A stretch of DNA of 62,932 nucleotides, the filler included, from Hyphochytrium catenoides (taxonomy: Eukaryota > Protista > Hyphochytriomycota): NCBI GenBank assembly GCA_900088475.1. It is 11 parts of 11 records of this genome, joined end to end, with 100 filler letters (N's around TTAATTAATTAA, not from the genome) between each part and the next. Parts side by side here need not be neighbours in the genome. Positions count along the whole stretch, not along the records: positions 15,938 to 34,605 come from FLMG01003446.1; positions 34,706 to 37,542 come from FLMG01002955.1; positions 37,643 to 52,091 come from FLMG01003699.1; 8 more parts are not named here. One strand, 5' to 3'. A program made the position numbers and the translations under genes. Below, piece after piece: positions 26,478 through 39,841 of the stretch (position 1 is its first letter; each line of letters opens with the position of its first letter). Under the pieces are notes generated by a model, which had not been told where the DNA came from, made no database searches, and was given only the letters and a program-made list of their open reading frames with translations.

Positions 26478-27239
26478 GCTGACAAATAGAGAGAGCGAGA
26501 GAAGACAAGGGAGAGAACAAGTGGGAGGAAGGGGAGTGAGGCTAAGGAACTGGGAGACAAAGAAAGAGCCAGAGTGGAGAGAGAGAGGACGAGAGAAAAG
26601 CACAAAGAGGCAGCTAGAGAGAGAGAGCTGGAGAGAGAGAGAGAGAGAGAGAGAGCTAGAGAGAGAGAGGGAGAGAGAGAGAGAGAGACACTTTGAATCA
26701 GCCACCATCCGCTTGAGTGAACCTTCAACTCTTCTGCCAAAGAGACAGCATTGGGTTGGTGCCTTTTACAACCTCATCCGAACCTGACCGCTGACCATCA
26801 GAAAAACATCACTCCTAACACCTGGGGGAGGTCTAAATATATCCTTTCAAGTTCTGTATTTCTGTACAACTGAAAGTGGACCAGAAATAAGAGATCATGA
26901 CAGCGAGAGGAGGTCTGATTATCATTGATGATTATTATTTGAATGATTTCATGTGATTTGGCGCCATTTGTTTGGGAGTTTTCGTGGCGATTTTGTGAGT
27001 CTTCGTAATAATAAGAAGCAAAAAATCTCTTGAAGACCATGACGGTTCCTATGAAGACTTTCGTCAAGCAATACACCGAGAAAGGGCCGCGCAATAGCTC
27101 TGCTGGAGTCTACACCAGTAGAAGAGGTGGTGGATTGTGGCTGCGCGTTTTAGAATTGCAAGGCGAATTGCTGCGCTGACTTTGTCCCAGTGTGACAGGT
27201 TCGAGCCATTAGGATTGGGATCGAGCCATTAGGAGTGGG

Positions 27240-27752
27240 ATGGCTCATAAGCATGGCCTCATCTGCTTTATTGACGAGCTTCTCTCTAATATGGAGCTTC
27301 AACAGGCCACAGTCCGAACGATAGGGACGTAAGTATAAGGTGTCTCTCCATTCATGCTATTAAATACTGACTCCTAGACCCAGCCTTATTCGCTACGATG
27401 CGCAGGCAAATACGGCTGTCATCAAAGATAAAGGTCTTGATCTGACGATTGATGTTACCTTCCTCGGAGTCTTCCCTTTTCTGGAAGGATCGCTGTATCA
27501 GTTCATTGGAGAGACCCAACGGCTGGTGAGTGGTCACCTGGTGAGTTGTCGTCTTTCCCTTCTTTCCTCTGACTCCTTCTTTCAATGCAGGTGACCGGAG
27601 AGATCGTATTGAAGGCAAGGGTAGGGAGAAATGTCGACGGGTTAGATATGGACATGTTTAGGAAGGCGCTTGAGATTAGGCGCAAATTTCTGCGGGACGA
27701 GAGGTATCGGCCAATAAACCATGGGGGACAGCCTGTCCCAAGCTTTGTATAG
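27240..27752 (+). CDS. TEN1: CST complex subunit TEN1 (telomere OB-fold protein); exons 27240-27328, 27378/27384-27525 (or -27540), 27591-27752
   Basis: Spliced product ...ATVRTIGTLIRYDAQANTAVIKDKGLDLTIDV...GSLYQFIGE...IVLKARVGRNVDGLDMDMFRKALEIRRKFL carries the TEN1 signatures GSxYQFIGE and ARVGRNVDG; absent from the ORF track. Confidence 0.9.
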
Positions 27753-28029
27753 AATGTCGCATCGTTGTTTGCTATTGACGTTTGACCGAGTTTCTGAAGT
27801 AGAGGTTGGCAAGAGAAGGGGTTGAATCCCATCCAGTTACTGCGTCATGTCTCTCATAATGCGACAGACGTCCACCGCCATTGTCTGCAGAGAGTAGTCC
27901 TCGCTGCTTCGTACTTCAACTTGGTCTTCGTTCCGTCTATCGATCACAATTCACGAGGGAAGGCAACCGAGGCCAACGTAACGAAGGTAAAAAGAGGCAA
28001 AGTCTGATCTTAATAATTGCAGCGCCTTT

Positions 28030-31000
28030 AATTTGGCAGTGATGGAGGGAAACCGCAATAAATAGAGGCGCAGATGCGGAAGCTATTGAGGAACAACCTT
28101 GCAGCTCTTTAAAGGAGGTGGGAAGCGAACAGAGTTAGAAGGGGGGAAGAAGATAGGCTCTACGAGGCGGGGAAACGAGCGCGGTCTAGGTTCATACCTG
28201 CTGGTCGCAAGGTGAGTGATCATATCCATTAGGCCTTTCTCTCGACTCAGAGCAGCAACATAGGCATTCGGAGCTCTTGATCGGAGGGCGTAGCTGCACC
28301 GTGGAGATTGGTAAGCGCAAGGCGTGCGAGAAGCAATGACGGAAGGTCTCAGAGCGGAGAAGTACCGAATCACCCTAAGGAGTCGAGTCCGGGTCGCCTC
28401 GGAGCCCCCTTCCATCGCATAAAGTAGGTTCCTGTCACAGCGACATCAATTGACGGCAGTAAAGAAACCCATGCTGTGACTAGGGACTTCTCTGCTCTAT
28501 TCACACAATCCGTTCACTTCTATGTGTCATTGCTGAGCAGCTGACCTTAGATTGCCCTTGGTGCTCTGCACTCGACGAAGATCGTCCGCCTTGACCTCAA
28601 ATATGGCGCTAAACATCTTTTCAGGATATAGCTAGAGAGGAGGAAGCATGAGATAGCTATCCGCGGTAGTCAAAAGAGCGTCAATAGAGGAATTCCTTAA
28701 TAGGCAGACGTGGGTTGAAAGACAAGCAGGACATACACAACGCGAACCCTTGGCGGTTCCTCTAGATGTGGAAGCAGGTGGTGTCTCTGAAGTACTGACT
28801 AGTTGGATCTTTCCTCACCTGAGTAAGAATCAGAATACATTTGCTGGCCACTTCATAAAGCACATCTCGGTCGACATACATCTCTTCATCAAGGTAAGCC
28901 TCCTCGTCTGACGAGAGAAGGAACATTAAAGTTTTTAGCTAATGGCACCAGAGGTGTGAGGTCCGTGAGGACTATAGCGAAAGAGCTCAAGAGAGAGGCA
29001 ACAGCTTTGATGTACCTTTCCATGTCGCTAAGCGCAGAATGGTGGGAAGTGACTTAATCACTTTCTCGCCCTCCTTCCGGAGAGCTTCCACTTCCACACT
29101 GGTCCTCCGTTGAACAGAGCGCATTCCCCAACTCTCTTCTGGGCTTTCTCCCTCATAATCCTCCTCTTTCTCCTCTTCAAGCTTCTCAGCTATTTTATAC
29201 ATACAGAAGTAGAGTGTCCCCAACAGCAATGACGCACAGCTCCCAAGCTCATGCTCCTAGCAAGGGACATGGAATGGAGAGAGTGATGCAAATTGAATCA
29301 GTAGCCGCAACCAGAACCGTGGCCCATAATCGTCTAATCTCCCCTATCTCCTTCTCCAGTCTGTACAAGCCCTGTTCCCTTACAGGTTAGCTTCCTACCA
29401 GAGAGTATTCGAGAGCCGATTGAAGAGCCTCAATGAGCTGGTATCCGAAGAGTTCCCTGATACTCAGCTCATCGGACTCTACAATCATGTTCACCACTTC
29501 GACACCTATAAAAGAGGTAGACACAACGGCAATCTGTAAGAAGCAAGAAGAAAACAGAACGTCGCCAAGGGCGAAAGACAGCCATGATTCCATTGTCAGT
29601 AAGGTCAACAAATGAGGATGCGAGGCAGCGTCGTCGGTTCTTATATGAAGTCCTACACTGCAGGGATAGTCGTTGTTGGTTGTCAGTCCCGCTGTCCTTG
29701 ACCTTGGGTTCTGACAGCATATCCTCCACATCAACTAGGGTTGTTGGGGCAGCAAGGGAGAAGAGGGAACAAAGCTTAGACGTCCAGCAACATAGGCAGG
29801 CCGCAAGTGATGTAGAAGCAGAGAAGCAAAACTTCATGACCGGATGCTCTCAACCTACCCACTAAAAGCCCTCGGCTGCCTTCTGAGGGCATGGCCAGAA
29901 GGCCAATGACTTTTGGCACTAACCCAAGTCGATTAATCAGGGTAACGTAGGCAGAGGAACGGCTGATAATGCAGGAGAGAACACGAAGAGCCAATTGCTG
30001 GATACTCTGAACGTCATCAAGTAGAGACGGGAAGACCGAAAGCAGGTTCTGTACAGAGAAAGGAAGGGGAAGGTCAAGGGGAAGGTCAAGAAGGTGGTGA
30101 GAGCACTGGGTGCGAGCAAGCAGTCTCGAATGTTAGGACTGCAAGGAGACATAAAGACAAACCGCCTTCCTAAGCATTCAAATCAGGCTTAGTAACAGAG
30201 CAAGCGCACGATGGACTAACTGCATTGTCACAAAAGAAACGAGGAGAACTGCGATTGCGGATGTAGCTTCATCACCTGTACAATAAAGGTGTCGATTGCG
30301 CTTTCCCTTCCACTTTCATCTCCCTCATCGGTCTCGTCCTCCATTGTCTGCAATACCTGCCTCAGTACCTAGAGCATGTGTCAGTGGCAAAGCCTCGGCA
30401 GCACTCACAAGAGGAAATAGATGCTTAAGGTTAAGGGGGAAGCGGTAAACCTGAAAAAGAGTTCGGACCAGGGAGAAACAGTGGTCGGAGGTCAGTTCTC
30501 GGCAAGGAAGGAGAAGAGGAAGATCAAATTCAGCTTCGGAAGCTGCTTGCTTGCCTGAAGTGATAGAAGGCGGACACTGATGGAATCATCTGAGAGTGAT
30601 CGCCCAAGCGAGGGTAATAGCGATTGACAGACTTCCTGTGGGTCCATAGGAAAGACCTCAGGGCTGCCCGTCAGGCAGATCGCCAGCGGGTAGACAACTT
30701 CCAGCTAGCACAGGAGAGATGCAAAATGAACGGATAGTGGTGTGAGCTCTAGGAAGGCCACCTAAAAGTAGGACTAAATAGAAAACGGGGTCCCGTGCTG
30801 GGTCTATGAGGATAACAGTAGAAGGGCATCTTCCACGTGTTATCTTCGGACGTCTGGCCGTACTATCACCTTCCTTTGTCGCCCTACCTGTTCCGGGCCC
30901 ATTGGCTGCTTCAACACTGTCATTAGAGATTGAACCAGAACTTCGGACACTGTCTTTCCTGTCTCCCCGAACGTGATACTGGCACAAACCTGTTTAAACC

Positions 31001-34000
31001 GGGAGTTGGAGAAAACCTGGACTGCGGATGTAAGGACCGCTGCAGTCAACTCTGCAAATATTAGGTGGCAAGTTAGAGATAGAGGTGTACATAACCTACT
31101 TGAGAACTGAAGAATATTCTCCATAGGAAGACACGTCTGGAGGACGAATCAGGAAAAGCCGCGTACCACATGGGTCAGATTGCGGAGGAGCAGTGAGTTA
31201 GAGAATAAGCCCTGAGCACATCTGAGAGCACTCAGGGCATCATATCGCTATAAATAGGCAGACCTATATTTCCCGACTGGAAGTCCACCGCGGAGCTACA
31301 TATTATGTGAAGGACAGTCAACACCAGCAGGGACAGGGATCGATCAATAAGCTCCAACGCATCTGCCCGCTGGTTCAAGGACGAAGACAGATTTCCTTTC
31401 GTAAAAAGGACCCTATCCAGCATAGGCAATACTCTACAAAAAGCAGATCCTTAGCAAAATAGAAGAAAGAGGTACAGCAGAACGAAAACAGCTGAGACAA
31501 GACAAAGTGTTAATGCGGAAGCCAACCGTGCGGGGGAACGGCCCATACACTAAGAATTAGGAAACGGGAAGTCAGTCAGACGCACCTCGGCTCTGATAGG
31601 ATTGATAATGCCTGAACATCTACTTGACAGCAGAGCGACAAGCAGAGAGCACATTTGGAGTACACTCCGCAACTGCTAGTCCTATCCATNNNNNNNNNNN
31701 NNNNNNNNNNNNNNNNNNNNNNNNNNNNNNNNNNNNNNNNNNNNNNNNNNNNNNNNNNNNNNNNNNTTGCGAATACGCTCAAGTCAGCTGATATGGGCTG
31801 AAGAGCACTGAGAGGAGTTGATAGAGCGGACAAGAACGGGGGGATATGTGTGGAAACAAGAACCAAACCGACATAGCTAGTAGGAAGGAAAATGGCGATG
31901 GAGATGGACGGACCCTAGGGCAATTAAAATCCACCCGACTGATACCTATCCCGCCATGCGGTGCCCACTCTACCTACCACTAGCTGGCGGCTTTCTACTG
32001 TTCGTTCCTCCATTGATCCGCCTCTCTCTGCCTCGTACAGCAGTACATTAACAAGGTTGAGCAGGGGTTGATGTGTCTGGCTTTCTGTATCAGGAGCACG
32101 AAGGAGGCGCCGGGCTGTGCTTGCAAACCTTTGAATTCTACCTTCGAATATCCGAAGAATCTATGGGCGAGCAGAAAGCCAAGGCACTTGGTTATACTTG
32201 AGCATAAGCAGAAAAGCGGTGGTGGACGACGTAAGAGTTAGGTATAGTGCCCGTAACAGGAAAAGAGTTACAAAGGTTTAGGCACAGGTAGACCATCGAA
32301 GGCTCAGAGGCTGCCTTTAGACTCATAATCTTCAATAAGTACGTGGATGGCGACAGGGAGGAAAGTTATACCAATTCTACACCGTTAGGACTCTGGGCTG
32401 CTTCCTTTCTATGACCCAGGGTGAAAGCTAGAGCGCTGATTGCTGTAGCTTGAAGAGATTCCTCTGGCAGTAGCAAAGGAGGGTTAAAGGGCGCTGGGCT
32501 GACAACCCTAAATATTCCCCTGTGCGGTCTCTGGTGTATAACATTACTCTCCAGTGTCTCTCTATGACCTTCGTTCCTCCTTGATCTCTTCCACTCTCTC
32601 TCTCTCTCTTACTCTCTACTTCTATCTCTCTCTCTTCATCTAGTGCTTCTAGTTGACATCTCTTTGGGAGTTTGCTATCGGCACTATGCGCTTACTTTCT
32701 GTAGAGAAGATAATATCCGCTAGAAGCCTCGGCAAGTCATCAATACTAGAAAGGAGCGCACCGATGGCACTCTCCCCCTGCGAGAGAATGTTCTCCACTG
32801 TCTTCGCAGCATAATGGCGGACTACTTCATCTTCGTCTCCTGACAGGCACGAGAGAAGAACACTGGTCGCCTCCTCGGTTGCGGGACTTTCCTCTAACAT
32901 GTATGAGAAAAAGGTAGAAAAGAGTATGTGAAGAATTGGCAAAATCGACCAAAGACATGATGGAGAGAAAGGTTGAAGTGCATACTAAGGGAGCCTGGCG
33001 CAAGCGAAACCTTTTATGAGGGTAAGCAACAGAGGAAGAAGACCCAAGGAAAGCATCAAACACTAAGATCGCGTTACCCTCCGGCTTGTCGGTGGCAAAG
33101 TAGAATAATAGCTCGCCAAGAGCACTGACAGCGCGCCTCCTGATCTGCACCTCCTGGTATGATTGTGGTAAGAAGAAGAGCCGTCTAATCTAGATCTGTC
33201 CAACCTAAGAGTCACTTTTCCTTTTGACATCTCTTCTTCGCCTCCGCTATCTTATGTCTAGAGTCATCTGTGGCCGTCTGACTCTTACCCGATCTTTGAT
33301 GCATGCTAACAATGTCTTGACCATGCTCTCCCCACATCCAGTAGGGGAGACGTAGAGAGCATGGCGAAGAAGCACAGCTACGATTAAGAGGAGGACGGAT
33401 CGGAGCGAGCTGGAAGAAACCCTTATGGAACATTGAGTGGGAATCAGAACTAGCACGTGAATAAGGGAAACACCTGAGGACGGAAGCAGACGGGCTGCCA
33501 AGACCAAGCTGCTTCGATCCATTAAAGTGAAGTGCAGGAGCTCATGACGTACGTAATGGACGGCTTAAAGTCAGACAGGTAAAGAGAGAACGAGGCGATA
33601 AAAGTAGTAGCGAGAGTCTGAGCTTGCAAAGTAGGACTGAAGTCTCTTACAGATTCATCATCTCTTCAATGGCTGTCATCATAGAGGAATTGATAATCAC
33701 CTCTGCCAGTTTATGGTGGAGTGAGAGCCCGTATAGATAGCTACGGGAAGAGGGAGGGAAGGCGGTAACAGTAACATATTACTTCCACGAGCCTTGGCAA
33801 ACAATAAACTCAATAAGCTCAATGAAGAGACCCACAAGCAGATATAATTCGAGGCAGTATAGCTTGACGAAGATGGAAGTTCAGTACACTGAAAACACCC
33901 GCACCTTAGAGCGTTGAGCTTCTTTCTTCCCGATATGGATGCACTCGCTAGCACCTACAAGAAGAGCGGAAGAGACCATTAAGATCTATCGAGAACTTGT

Positions 34001-34244
34001 TCAACCGAGGACACGGCCGCGAGCCAGGAGTGCTAACTAACTAAGAATAACTTTATGCACAAATCCATACCGTGTAAATTTTGCTGAGAAATTCATTCCT
34101 GGCTGCTTTGCCCATTGCAGCGACTTTCTTTGCCTCCAAAGCCTCAAAAGGGAGAGTCGAGGGGTCGACAGCCGGTTTTCTGATGTTTTCTATAGATGAG
34201 TTTAGGATAATTGGCCGAAGGACATAATCTGCAGACACGAACAA
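28030..34244 (-). CDS. ULK4: ULK4/RUNKEL-type pseudokinase, C-terminal ARM/HEAT region (kinase domain lies off-contig); many exons, ends approximate
   Basis: Exons DYVLRPIILNSSIE...DPSTLPFEAL, VLLRHALYVSP, IRRRAVSALGELLFYFAT, DEDEVVRHYAAKTVENILSQ match ULK4/RUNKEL motifs as I recall them. Confidence 0.82.
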
Positions 34245-35366
34245 AAGCTACGGGCAAAGTGAGTACAGAGAACATCAGTGAAACAGCGGGATAGCCGTCG
34301 TATGGAGGAGAATTCAGAGCCCCTTAACCGGCACACAGGCACTTTTCCTCAAAATTATCCCTCTCAGGACCACCGCCAAATTAGCTTCTAAGATCAGAAT
34401 GTCCCTTGCTCTCTACTGACTCGATAGCAATCTTAAAGGGTCCACCTCCGCCTCCAACGATCCCAACACCGTCAGTGGAACCCACCATCGACTCTCGTCC
34501 CTCTGTTCTCGTAGTTGTAGCTCTCCCTCAACATCCTACACGGCTCCCAGTCTTTTATGTCATACGTACCGGTCCGCAAGATCCCATACTACTCGTGGAA
34601 AATTTNNNNNNNNNNNNNNNNNNNNNNNNNNNNNNNNNNNNNNNNNNNNTTAATTAATTAANNNNNNNNNNNNNNNNNNNNNNNNNNNNNNNNNNNNNNN
34701 NNNNNCCATCGCCGCGGGTGTGGAAGAAGACAGCGCAATCATGGAGATGAGGGCAAGGCTGCAAGCACTCTCTTAAGAAGGATCGCCGGCGGAGAGACGA
34801 AGACTCTAATGAGCAGGAAGTGATACCTGACTCTTGGGTTATTACGGAGAGGGAGAAAGAGAGAAAGAAACCAGGGGAAGGGGAGAGAGAGAACTTCTTG
34901 CGATTCTTAAAGGTAGTAAACAACTCAGGCCCAGGATGAGTTAGAAAAACTGCGATAGAAAAGGCAGCTCAATGATAGAGATTCGCCTCATCAGCTATAT
35001 GCTGGGCTGATGCGTGGGGCGGGTGCATCCCCTTAGAGACAACCTAGGCGCCTAAAGTACTGAGGGTAAAGCCAAGCAAGAGAGCAGGAAAGGCTATAGG
35101 GAGAATGGGAGATTCAGGCATGTGGCGCTTGACGGGGAGAACAAGAGAAGCGAGAGAGAGGGCGGGAGAAAGGAGACCCTTTGATCTGGCTTTCCTGTAT
35201 GCTACTAACTATTTAACAATGTAACGCGTGGAAGAGGCCACTGACGGCTGACGTTGCTCACTTTATGGCAAAATAGGAGGACAACGGGAGGGTGGCAGAA
35301 AGAAGAACGAGAGAGAGAGAGAGGACCAGCGCAATAGATATATAACAGATGCATGAGCAGGCAGCT

Positions 35367-37237
35367 CTATCCCTGCAAAGTCCGGTAGCTCTCGATGGTT
35401 GCATAGAGCTCTGGCGTCCAGCCAAACGCCTTGACAAGCGCTGGGATGCTTCCTGCTAACCGCCTGGCGACCTCCTTAGCGCCATCATCGCCGATGCCAT
35501 TGTCCGCAATGTTAAGCTCCTTCACGGTCAGGTCATTGTGTGCTAATCCGTGGGCAACTTCGACTGCTCCGCGCTTGCCCAGGTTGTTCCTTCTAATGTT
35601 TAGCTTGATGATGGTGCGGTTCGTGGATAGGAGCTTGGCCAGTGACTGGGCACCACCGACACCGAAGCTGTTAAAGCTGCAGAGAAGAGCCAAAGAAGTA
35701 GCAATTGAGAGGGAAGGCAAAAAGGGAGTGAGTGAGAGAGAGAGAGAGAGGAGAAAGAGAGAGAGAAAAAGAAGAGTGACTGGAAGCGTTTGAGTACTGG
35801 AAGACTACCCAAGGGCATTGAAGAGCTGTTGAAAGCCAGCAGGATGCAAGCGGGAGCTGGGAGAGAGGGAGAACGATGCGGCTGGTGTCCCTTCCGCGGG
35901 ACAGATCGGGAATCCTTTGTAAGAGTGAGGGAGCGAGAGCCGGAAAGAGAGAAAGCAAGGATAAAGCTTACGTTCAAGAGCGAGAGCAGAGAGAGAAAGT
36001 GGCACCAAAGCAGAAGGAGACAAGGACAGAGAAGAGACAGAAGAACACCGAGCAAATGCCTTTGGCCTTCGCATACCTCATGTTGAGCTCTGTGAGGCGG
36101 CAGTTGAGCACCAAGACATCAAAGATTCTTCTTGCTCCCAACTCTTTCAAGTCATTTCCTGCCAAGTTTAAGCTCCGCAGAGAAGGGTTTGTCCGGAGAG
36201 CTGAAGAGAGGAGAGAGGCTCCTTCTCTCTCTCCTACACAGTTCCACGAGAGATCAAGAGACGTGATAGAGCAGCTCTTCCCCATCAATGCAGGAGAGAG
36301 AACCTTGACACCTGAGAGTCCCTTCAGACCCGCGAATGAGAGATCAAACGTGCTGATTCCTTCTGCGACCATCATGAAGAGGCGAAGTGACTCCGCCGCT
36401 AGTAAGAGACAGAAGATGGGAAGCGGATCAGCAGCAGGGAGGAGTTTGGTGGCAAGAGAGCGGAGAAGCAGGAAAGACGAAGAAGCCATGGCAATGGAGG
36501 GAAGCGTAGCAGAGAGAGACGCAGGAAAAAGACAGACAGATGGATAGAAAAGAGATAGGCGTAGAGCGGAAGCGGCACAAAGAAAGAGAGAGGACTCTCC
36601 GCGCAAAAACCTTACAATCCAAGACAGAGCAGATCGGAATGACAGTTGAAAATGGGAGAGAGAGAGAGAGAGAGAGAGAAAGAGACAGAGAAGAAAAAAC
36701 AAAGGAGGGGAGAGTGAGAGAGAAAGAGAGAAAGAGAGACGAAACCTCTTCAGGTGTGACAGGGCAGCTTATAAATAACTTCAGGGGAACACCAAGAGGA
36801 AGGAGCAGTACGCTGACCTTCGCTCGAGATCTTCTTATGTCCCTTGAGTCTGAAGGCGTAGGTTGTCTCTCTCTCTAGACTCGATGTACTGACGCTTCTG
36901 CTCTGTCTTACTTTTCTTTTCTTGTTCTCTTCATCTCTCTGTTTCTCTCTCTCTTCCGGTGCTTGACGGTGGATCTCTTCTCTTCTTTCTAGGACAAAGG
37001 CCCCTTGAAACTCTGGCCTCTGGAAGAAGATCTGCGCTATTTCTCTCTGGAGATAGCGCGGCCGCAGGTTTGAGTGGATGAAGTTATGAGGATCTTTCAC
37101 CTCGCTTGAGGCCAGGAACGCGATCACAGCTTGGGCAGAGAGAGAGAGAAGCGACAACGGGAACGAGAGTCTCTTTTCTCTCCTTAACTTGGCCCTTCTT
37201 CGCCCTATGAAGCCGCGATAGACACGCTGTATTATCG
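35367..37237 (-). CDS. IQ-motif + RNI-like (NLRC3-type) leucine-rich-repeat protein, 5'-partial
   Basis: AIIQRVYRGFIGRR (IQ motif); 28-aa LRRs SITSLDLSWNCVG, SLRSLNLAGNDLKELGA, TIIKLNIRRNNLGKRGA, VKELNIADNGIGDDGA. Confidence 0.82.
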
Positions 37238-37500
37238 CTAAATGATGCCAGAAGCAGGAAAGAGTGAGTAAGAGAGGAGAAGACAGAGGATGAGACCCAA
37301 AGAAGAGAAGGAGAGAAAGGGGAGGAAAGGGAGAGGAGAGAGACACCGGACGAGTGCTTATGCTCGCTTCTCTATTGTCAGCATCGTGTGCTCTCTCTTC
37401 CTACATTTCTCTATTGTCGTCCTTTGCTGTCTCTTCAGCAAGCTCTTCTTTTTTGCTGGGCACAGTTTGTTTCTCCTATTTTTCCTCTCTGGTGCATTTC

Positions 37501-37542
<42 letters not shown>

Positions 37543-37991
37543 NNNNNNNNNNNNNNNNNNNNNNNNNNNNNNNNNNNNNNNNNNNNTTAATTAATTAANN
37601 NNNNNNNNNNNNNNNNNNNNNNNNNNNNNNNNNNNNNNNNNNTTTGTCCTCGTAGTTCTATGGTACTGTGGTGAGGAAGGTGGAGAGGTACTCGTAGCAG
37701 AAAGCGTCAGCCAGAGGATGGGTGGGCACATGGGCGATTCTCACTTTTCGATTGCCAGACCCCAACGCATGAGTTCAAACCTCTGCTCGCCTCTCTCCCT
37801 CTTACCTCTCTCTTTCTGGATTCTTGTCTCTCTCTTCCATCTCTCTCTCACTCTCTCTCTCTCTCTCTGTCTCACGCTCTCTTTGTCTCTCCCTCTCTCT
37901 CAGAGTCTCTCTTTCTGTCTCTCTCTCTGTCGCTCTCTCTGTCGCTCTCTCTCTCTGTTTCTCCCACTCTCTCTCTCTCACTCTCTCTCGC

Positions 37992-38051
<60 letters not shown>

Positions 38052-39046
38052 CCTTTCTCTCTCTCCCTTTTTACAGCCAAGCACATACATTCGAAGATAG
38101 GAAGGGAAGAGACAAGAGGGCAGCCGCTACCGTTACAAAGGCGCCACCGGCACCTTGTGAATCCAGCATTCATGGCTCCAGAGCTACCCCAGGACATCTG
38201 GAACCACAAAGATCTGATGGGCATCCGAATCCCTACCTTTTAAAGGCCTTTATAGTGAGTGAGTGAGTGAGTGATAGCACAAAGGAAGCTGCCATCGGCC
38301 CGTGCCGTAGAAGACAGGAGACTATCAGAACGCCACGCGACGAAGAGTTCTTGTCTTGCTAGAAGCGCAGATCGGCACGAAAACGGCTCTTTTTAGTCGC
38401 TCAAGAGGCTCGTAGCTCCCAGCAACAGAGAGAAAGAGGAAGGAACAGCTTACAGAGGAGGTCAAGCGAGAGCCTCACCTCATCTCCACCCCCTCCACGA
38501 TAGTATCCCTTTCTCTCCTATCTCCTTAACCCCGCCGCCGTCTCTTGTTCACCGAGTAGCTCGTTCGTTCTTTGTTCCTCTCCAGTTCTTCATAGAACCG
38601 AACGCTGGGACTGGCAGGTCCCTTGTGCCCGTACCTCAAAATTGAGGCAAAGCATCTTCCTCCCTTCCATCCATCCATCACGTCGACCACCATGCCAGTG
38701 CGGTCGCTGTAAAATACAGTGAGAGAGGAAGACGGGTGGAGAAAGGCTTTTTCCACACGTGCTCTAAGGCAAGGCTCACACGCCACAAGGGATGCAACAA
38801 CAAGTGCTACTGCCCCCAGGCTGTTCCGCTGAGGTGCGTCGGAGAAAGAGGAAGTGGTGCTAGATAATCTGAGCACTATTAAGGAAAGAGCAGGGTAAAG
38901 GAGCATCGCAGGATGAGATTACAGGCAGCTACTGAAGCAGTGAGGGACAAGTGAAATGATCTGCCCGACGAGCAGCATCCTATCCCTGTCAGACAACAAA
39001 TAACAGAGCGACTGAGGCAAGCAACTTCTTACCTGGCTTCCTCTCC

Positions 39047-39841
39047 ATGCTCTCTCCTGTTGTTGTGAAGGGTTTGTCGCGAGCTCAAGCCCGGGAGATC
39101 CGCGAGCGGGAAGGTCCTCATAAGGTCTCGCCACCGCTGAACTGTCCTAGGCAAGGCTTTCTTCTCTCTTAAAGTGGTTCTTCGCAATGTCATGAAGTGG
39201 AACAGTTATTACCTTTTGCTTCCCTTGTCCCACATCATCTGACTCTATCCGCTCCTGGTCGGCTGATCCTTTTCTCTCTAGATGGCTATGTTGCATCCTT
39301 CCCTGTTTGACGCGCAACAAGGCAATGAGAGCGTATCATGACTGCTACCCAGTAGAAGCCCGCGTACTGCGGGAGGGTAAAGAGATCGTGATGGACCCGA
39401 GCAGCGTAGTGCGCGGAGATATTATTCTTCTTTCTCCTGGGGATGTTGTGCCAGCTGATATTCGGCTCATCGACGCCACGGAAGATCTTCTCGTGAGTCT
39501 ATCTTAGAACAGTGTTTCGCCCCTTCTTATTCCTCTCCTGCCTTCTTAGTTCTCGATTTTTTCGCCTCCTAGATCCTCAGCTCCTTATGACGCTAACTGC
39601 AGGCATTGTTGCTATGTAGGTCGATGTCTCTCCTTTAACAGAGGCTTCTCAGCCTCTCTATGGACGAGTGGGCATGGAGGTGTTAATGCCTTCTGTGGTG
39701 GAGCAAGGCAGTGGAAGAGGTGTGACGGTCCGGACAGGCAGACACACGCGCTGGAGTTATGCCATCAGTAAGGGAGAGTGGCCCAGACAGACCTTTGAGA
39801 GCCAGAATCAGCCGTTCCTCGGCATCAAGGAGAAAGCCTGA
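39047..39841 (+). CDS. P-type ATPase-derived protein of about 178 aa: cation-ATPase N-terminal motif + actuator domain only; exons 39047-39150, 39282-39492, 39620-39841
   Basis: GLSRAQAREIREREGPHKVSPP...; ARVLREGKEIVMDPSSVVRGDIILLSPGDVVPADIRLI; VDVSPLTEAS; VEQGSGRGVTVRTG; stop at 39839-41. One GC-AG and one GT-AG intron keep the frame; start codon uncertain. Confidence 0.75.

Noticed and set aside
38077-38243. PAFMAPE as a kinase activation-segment motif
   Set aside because: No surrounding kinase subdomains; the frame stops about 20 codons later.
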